From NCBI GenBank assembly GCA_958296135.2, contig CATQHZ020000001.1, positions 1,536,001 to 1,600,000 of the forward strand: a stretch of 64,000 nt of DNA. Reading direction: 5' to 3'. The position numbers were made by a program, and so were the translations under genes. Positions within the stretch are counted from its first letter, which is position 1. The number at the start of each line of letters is the position of its first letter. A model generated the notes under the pieces. It searched no databases. It was given only the letters and a program-made list of their open reading frames with translations, and was not told where the DNA came from. Shown here in pieces: positions 59,046-64,000 of this stretch. Source of the stretch: an uncultured Poribacteria bacterium (lineage in GTDB: Bacteria; Poribacteria; WGA-4E; WGA-3G).

Positions 59046-60488
59046 TCAGCGTGCATAGATAACTTTCTCATCCAGAGCAGTTAATGCTTCCTGCTCCAAA
59101 TGATAGGCTTCGGTCCGCTTCCGATTCGCTTCCAAAACCTTTTCGTTTATCGCACGCTGTGTGTTTTCATTGCGCAGTAACGGAACGACGATTTCCGCAA
59201 CCTGCGCGTCGTTAATTTCATCAATTACCGCGCCGTGGGTATACCGAGTTATCAGCGGATACGCGTAGTCGCTTGAAAGCCATGCATAGAGATACCCGGC
59301 AATTTCATCGCTTGTGGGCACCACTCGGATAATATGTTCATTTGGAATCCATCCATCCCAATGTTTTGGGACAATTGCAACTTTACCGATTGTCCCACTT
59401 CGCGTAATCAAAATTGAATTCGCGTGGATTTCCAGATCATCCGTTATTTTGTCCTGGTGCTGGCCTACCGAAAGATATTTTTTGCTGCTGGGATCCAATT
59501 CATAGAGTTGCTTCCCGCCAAAAAAAACAAACCCATTACCTGTTTCAACATAGATTCTTTTGAACCGAGTTGGTAAGGTGACCGCCTGGCTGATTCGACT
59601 GTCCTTCACCTTGACAACAGCACTTGCCGTTCTTGCAATATGCTGCTCAATTGTTTTCACAATCGGAACATAATAGGAGGCATCTAGCCGATCGATGACT
59701 TCGGTTGAGGAGACAGAATAGTTAAGGACTTCAGCCGTTTTATCAAACTGTTCGGCACGTCCTTGTAATTCTTCAATGGATGGCAGTTGCAACGCCGTTG
59801 TTAGCAAGGCTTGTGCCTCATCCATCAATTCATTGGAATCGTCCCGCAATTTGAAGGATTCTTCGACTAGATTGTGGATTTCTTGTTTGAGTACGGGCGG
59901 CGGATTCGGGACAGGCAGCTCGTAGAGATGCTCCGGATTAATATGTTGGATAACGGCCCCGTAGTTGCACGTGGCAATCAGAGCTTGACCTGTTTTGGAC
60001 TTCAGGAACGCGTAGATAAATCCGTTGTCCTCCTCGGGCTCAATCCTGATGAGATCGCTGCTAAAGATGAAATTATCCAAAGTGTTTCGCACATACGTGC
60101 AATTTCCGATAGTGCCGGAGCAGGTTAACAGCACCTGTCCCTTCTTGACTCTCAGTGCCTCAACTTTTGCCTTGAGTGAGGGCGAGAGAAAAGCGGCCGG
60201 TTTCGGGGCCAGTTCATTAATCTGCGCGGGTTGATAATACGGCAAATCGGAGTTGTCCACGTAGATGTTTTTGAATTGCGGATGGCGATAGAGTTTAACA
60301 AGGCCCTCATCGCCAGAGAGATTACGAAGCGGCCACCGGCAGTTCGCCAACTCCCGCCGGGCTCGTCTGCCTTCGCTTGCGTAGACGCTGGCTTCCAGAC
60401 GATAGTCTGTATCAATCACTTCTTGCACATCTACAGATGCCCACTTAATCGGTTTCTCTTTCGGTAGTTTCGGAGTTCGGGTTACCAC
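59046..60488 (-). CDS. Restriction-modification specificity subunit (HsdS-like, two TRDs)
   Basis: LLTCSGTIG and LITRSGTIG TRD motifs; RLEASVY and RLDASYY; GTG start overlapping the methylase stop. Confidence 0.85.
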   Translation of the reverse strand: MVTRTPKLPKEKPIKWASVDVQEVIDTDYRLEASVYASEGRRARRELANCRWPLRNLSGDEGLVKLYRHPQFKNIYVDNSDLPYYQPAQINELAPKPAAFLSPSLKAKVEALRVKKGQVLLTCSGTIGNCTYVRNTLDNFIFSSDLIRIEPEEDNGFIYAFLKSKTGQALIATCNYGAVIQHINPEHLYELPVPNPPPVLKQEIHNLVEESFKLRDDSNELMDEAQALLTTALQLPSIEELQGRAEQFDKTAEVLNYSVSSTEVIDRLDASYYVPIVKTIEQHIARTASAVVKVKDSRISQAVTLPTRFKRIYVETGNGFVFFGGKQLYELDPSSKKYLSVGQHQDKITDDLEIHANSILITRSGTIGKVAIVPKHWDGWIPNEHIIRVVPTSDEIAGYLYAWLSSDYAYPLITRYTHGAVIDEINDAQVAEIVVPLLRNENTQRAINEKVLEANRKRTEAYHLEQEALTALDEKVIYAR

Positions 60489-62506
60489 GCTATTCCCTCC
60501 TCCTTTTTCCATTGTTCAAAGAACCGCGGCACCTCCAGACTTTGGTCATCAATGACACGCGTTTTTCTTTCGGTTGGAACTTCCTCCGTCTCGCCCTCTT
60601 CCCCGTAGTTGACGCGCGCATCGCGTCCTTCAGGCACCCAGATTTCGTTACCTTCCGCATCGCGTTTGAAAAGGGTATTTCCCCGTCGGTCATGCCCAAC
60701 CTTCTCCACCATCGCCATAAAAATGTTGTACGGGATGATTTGCCGTGCATACCGCTCTTCGTTCATCTGCTCCTGCGTCTTCTTCTGAAGAATCAGAACA
60801 GAGGTTTGCGTGCCGTTTCGGGGTTGGAAGGTATCAACATCCAGATCGACGCTGGCAACGATTCGCGTTTTTTCAAGCAGCCAATTTCGGATGTGGCTAA
60901 GTCCCGGATTGCCCAAAATGGAGTCAGGCAAAACAATTGCGAGCCTCCCATCGGGTTTGAGAAATTGGAGGCACCGCTCAATAAAAAGCTGCTCAGGTGG
61001 CACTGACGTTTTGAGCCTATCAGAAAGTTCCCATCCTGCTTCGCCGTGTTTCTGCCAGACATGGCCGACATCAAATTGCTCAAGGATGTGGCTATCATTG
61101 ATAGGGATTTTGCTGCCGAACGGTGGATTCGTCACGATGACATCAAAAAACCCGATGGAATTGGCGTTCGTGATGTCATCGGCTTGCAGATTCAACGCTG
61201 CGGCTAATTCCGCTTTGAGCTCTTCCGACCACTCGTGGGGCGGCAAGAGCGAATCGTTCCGATAGATGTTACCGCTCCCATCGTTGTTCATCACCATGTT
61301 CATTTTCGTGGCTTTGACTAAGTCGGGGTTGATGTCAAACCCAAAGAAATCCGATGCGGCAATCTCTTTTATCCGGTCCCGAACGGCCGTTTTCTGCATG
61401 TCGGACCAGTTCACCTCGCCTATCCCAAAGTCTTCGGTTATATCGCGCTTTAGCTGTTCAATGATGTGGTTCATGGCGGTGACTAAGAAACCGCCTGTGC
61501 CACAGGAAGTATCGCAAACTTTTTCGCCGGCTTTGGGATTGACCATCTCGACGGCCATGCGCATGATGTTCCGCGGCGTGAAGAATTCACCCCGGTCGCC
61601 TCTCAAATTCGCCCCGACAAGTTCCTCATACGCCTTCCCTTTGACATCAACGTGCGTTTCCAGGAGGCTGTAAGCCTGAAGTTCCGAGACAATCCATGCG
61701 AGTGAACGAGGCTGCAATTTGATTTCGTCGTTGGCCTCAAAAATCTGTGGAAACTGCGCTTTGACTCGCCCAAAAATTTTCGAGATGCGCTTTTCCACCG
61801 TGAGCTGCCCATCCCGATTCGCGCGTTCCCCGGCGCGCGCGTAAAATTCAAGCGGTCTCCCCACATTCTGCTCATCAAGCGTTTTGCAGAAAATCAGTTT
61901 GAGCAACTCAAAGAAGGCGGGCTGTTTTTGCAAACCGTCGGTAGCATAGATGTGATTATGGCACGTCTTGAAAACCATGAGCAGGTTATCTTCATAGGCT
62001 TTTTTTAATGTGGCGCGCTTGGGCCGGTCCACATCCTCTAACGAGCCATCGGCAGCGGGAATATCGTTGTGTTCCTGAAATTCCACCCGCCCTTCCACTT
62101 GGACCTTTCGGAGGACTTCCTTGTATTTGCCGTTCGTCCAGAGGCCCCACTCGCAATTCGGGCACGCAGTCATGTAGGACTTAAGTTGTTCCACACCGTC
62201 TTTTCTATTTTTAGGCTCAATGTTTTCTCGCTTGCACTCAACAATGAGCCAGACATAGTCCTGTGTCAACTCAGGGCAGTCTTTCGGGAAGACGACGATG
62301 TCTGCGCGTGGGCGACGCGAACCGATTTTCACACCAAATTCGATGCTGATTTGTTCCCTCGCGTATTTGTGCTCGTTGATTAACCTTTTCTCAATCGTCT
62401 GGCGCACGTACTCTTCTGGGGTATCCTTGCGGAATGCCCCATCAACGTAATCACGGATTTGGCCCTCGGGCACACTGATAACTTGTTTTTCAGCTTTTGT
62501 GCTCAT
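60482..62506 (-). CDS. N6-adenine methyltransferase fused to HsdR-N-like endonuclease domain
   Basis: PEEYVRQ, ADIV..IVECK, WTNG; GEFFTPR, DTSCGTGGF, NPPF. Confidence 0.9.
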   Translation of the reverse strand: MSTKAEKQVISVPEGQIRDYVDGAFRKDTPEEYVRQTIEKRLINEHKYAREQISIEFGVKIGSRRPRADIVVFPKDCPELTQDYVWLIVECKRENIEPKNRKDGVEQLKSYMTACPNCEWGLWTNGKYKEVLRKVQVEGRVEFQEHNDIPAADGSLEDVDRPKRATLKKAYEDNLLMVFKTCHNHIYATDGLQKQPAFFELLKLIFCKTLDEQNVGRPLEFYARAGERANRDGQLTVEKRISKIFGRVKAQFPQIFEANDEIKLQPRSLAWIVSELQAYSLLETHVDVKGKAYEELVGANLRGDRGEFFTPRNIMRMAVEMVNPKAGEKVCDTSCGTGGFLVTAMNHIIEQLKRDITEDFGIGEVNWSDMQKTAVRDRIKEIAASDFFGFDINPDLVKATKMNMVMNNDGSGNIYRNDSLLPPHEWSEELKAELAAALNLQADDITNANSIGFFDVIVTNPPFGSKIPINDSHILEQFDVGHVWQKHGEAGWELSDRLKTSVPPEQLFIERCLQFLKPDGRLAIVLPDSILGNPGLSHIRNWLLEKTRIVASVDLDVDTFQPRNGTQTSVLILQKKTQEQMNEERYARQIIPYNIFMAMVEKVGHDRRGNTLFKRDAEGNEIWVPEGRDARVNYGEEGETEEVPTERKTRVIDDQSLEVPRFFEQWKKEEGIAW

Positions 62507-62627
62507 GACAAATTTCCTTTTCAGACAGCGTTATTTTGCGCATTGGCGATAAAATCAGCAGCGATGACAAATGCTTCTGGACCGTCGCGCAACAATAATT
62601 ATATCATTTCCGTGACTTAATGTCAAA

Positions 62628-63389
62628 TTAAAATATAGTTTGGAACTGGCTGAACTCAATAATCCGTCGTGCGACGTAGGTTTTGAGGGAAGTATTCCCC
62701 GCTTCTTCTGCCAGTTTCAGCGCGATTTCAAAGTCCGACTTCGCTTTCGCGACGTGCCCGAGGTTGCAACGCGCTACGCCGCGCTGCGTATAAGCATTCG
62801 CCATCTCTGGTGCTAAACGAACGGCTTGGTTGTAGTCTGCAATGGCGGATGCAGACTCGCCAAGTGCGTTCTTCGCGATGCCCCGATTGATGTAGGAACT
62901 TACCTTACTAGGGTTCAGTTGAAGTGCCAAATCATAGTCGGCAATTGAGCAATCGAGTTTATTGAGCATGAACGCTGCACAACCCCGATTGTGGTAGAAA
63001 TCAGCCGAATCCAACTTGAGGCAGATCGCCCGGTCATAATCTGCAATAGCAGACTCATAGTCGCCAAGCATGAACTTCGCATTACCCCGGCTGTTGTAGG
63101 CTTCAGCGTAATCTAGTTTTCGCTGGATTGCCTTACCATACGCAGAAAGGGCATCCTTTTCCATCCCTTGTTCCTGCATCAGGTTCCCAACGGTGAACCA
63201 CGCGCGAGCGGCTATCTTGTCATCAATGCCTTCCGCGATACTGGCGATGGAACGCCACTTTTCAAGTGCGGCTTCAGTCTTTCCCTCCCTTTCCAATTTA
63301 TGAGCATCAGCGACTGCCCTGTCCAAGGGATACGAATCCGTATTCCGCCGAACCGCTCGCACAGTTTCCTCAATAGGTTGCGTATGCAT
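62628..63389 (-). CDS. TPR-repeat protein
   Basis: Repeated AYNSRG..AIADYD.A motifs. Confidence 0.85.
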   Translation of the reverse strand: MHTQPIEETVRAVRRNTDSYPLDRAVADAHKLEREGKTEAALEKWRSIASIAEGIDDKIAARAWFTVGNLMQEQGMEKDALSAYGKAIQRKLDYAEAYNSRGNAKFMLGDYESAIADYDRAICLKLDSADFYHNRGCAAFMLNKLDCSIADYDLALQLNPSKVSSYINRGIAKNALGESASAIADYNQAVRLAPEMANAYTQRGVARCNLGHVAKAKSDFEIALKLAEEAGNTSLKTYVARRIIEFSQFQTIF

Positions 63390-63480
63390 TGTTTGCCTCC
63401 CTGTCGGACAAGTTTTTATGCCTCTAATAGTATACCCGATTTGGCCACGAAGTGCAAGCGAATTTCAATTACTGCTGCTT

Positions 63481-64000
63481 CTACTGGCGGAGACGAATAA
63501 ACGTCTCTATCTCCGCGGCATGCCGCTCAAAATCCCGATCGGCGAGAGATTTGAGATGTGCTAATTGCTCAACACCATCCAACTCCCAAAAATCGATCTC
63601 AGGATTAAGGCGCAAGTAATTCTCTTTCAACAACAATTTCGCCATCTTCGCAGAGGTTTGCGATTGCACCGTCAGCAAATATGAAATAATTTTCTGTCCG
63701 CCCCATCCGGTCAGGAAACCCCACTTTCGCCTTTTCGCATACATGTTTTGCGGATGGCCCGTCCCGATAGACAGCATCCGAATTTCATCGAGGCTCTTCC
63801 CAAAGGCGGAGACTGCCTCTGTTAAAGCGACGAAGGCGGGATTGCTTGCCCATAAACTGCCATCCGCGAGTAACGCAGTGCCGATGGCACTCGGGTCAAA
63901 GAAAGTGGGCGCGGCACAAGAAGCGAGGATTGCTTCTCGTAAAGGCACATTGAAAATCGGTTCATCATCATTGGCAGAGTGTAAGGACAGATGTCTATTT
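63481..64000 (-). CDS. Patatin-like phospholipase (CapV-like), C-terminal part; runs off window end
   Basis: ASCAAPTFF, DGSLWASNP, LSIGTG; frame open to 64000. Confidence 0.8.
   Translation of the reverse strand, partial: NRHLSLHSANDDEPIFNVPLREAILASCAAPTFFDPSAIGTALLADGSLWASNPAFVALTEAVSAFGKSLDEIRMLSIGTGHPQNMYAKRRKWGFLTGWGGQKIISYLLTVQSQTSAKMAKLLLKENYLRLNPEIDFWELDGVEQLAHLKSLADRDFERHAAEIETFIRLRQ

Overview
Bacterial chromosomal window. Its domain repertoire suggests Candidatus Poribacteria or a relative (inference): WD40 proteins with dockerin/cohesin and a NYPNPFNPETW Ig-like tail, and VEPxxKxxTTW C-termini. It holds housekeeping genes (rplY, tRNA-Gln, ispE, acetolactate synthase, mtnA, cimA, dacB, thiolase, pduO), sugar-acid catabolic enzymes, many secreted modular proteins, and three defence loci: a Type IIG R-M gene with a G9 frameshift, a solo PD-(D/E)XK nuclease, and a 56-64 kb cluster of two DUF4268 nucleases, an R-M pair, a TPR protein and a patatin. 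The most unusual signals are four. (1) A ~650-nt promoter-driven structured non-coding region upstream of mtnA with degenerate RNase P RNA-like landmarks, interrupted by an inverted pair of covarying Y-shaped elements. (2) Several families of GTAG/GTAA REP-like palindromes that fill intergenic spaces and also sit in frame inside at least six proteins. (3) A cold-shock domain fused to tandem Hfq/Sm-like domains behind a long structured leader. (4) A REP-bounded 771-nt tandem duplication of a ferredoxin. All calls were made by eye; no database searches were run.
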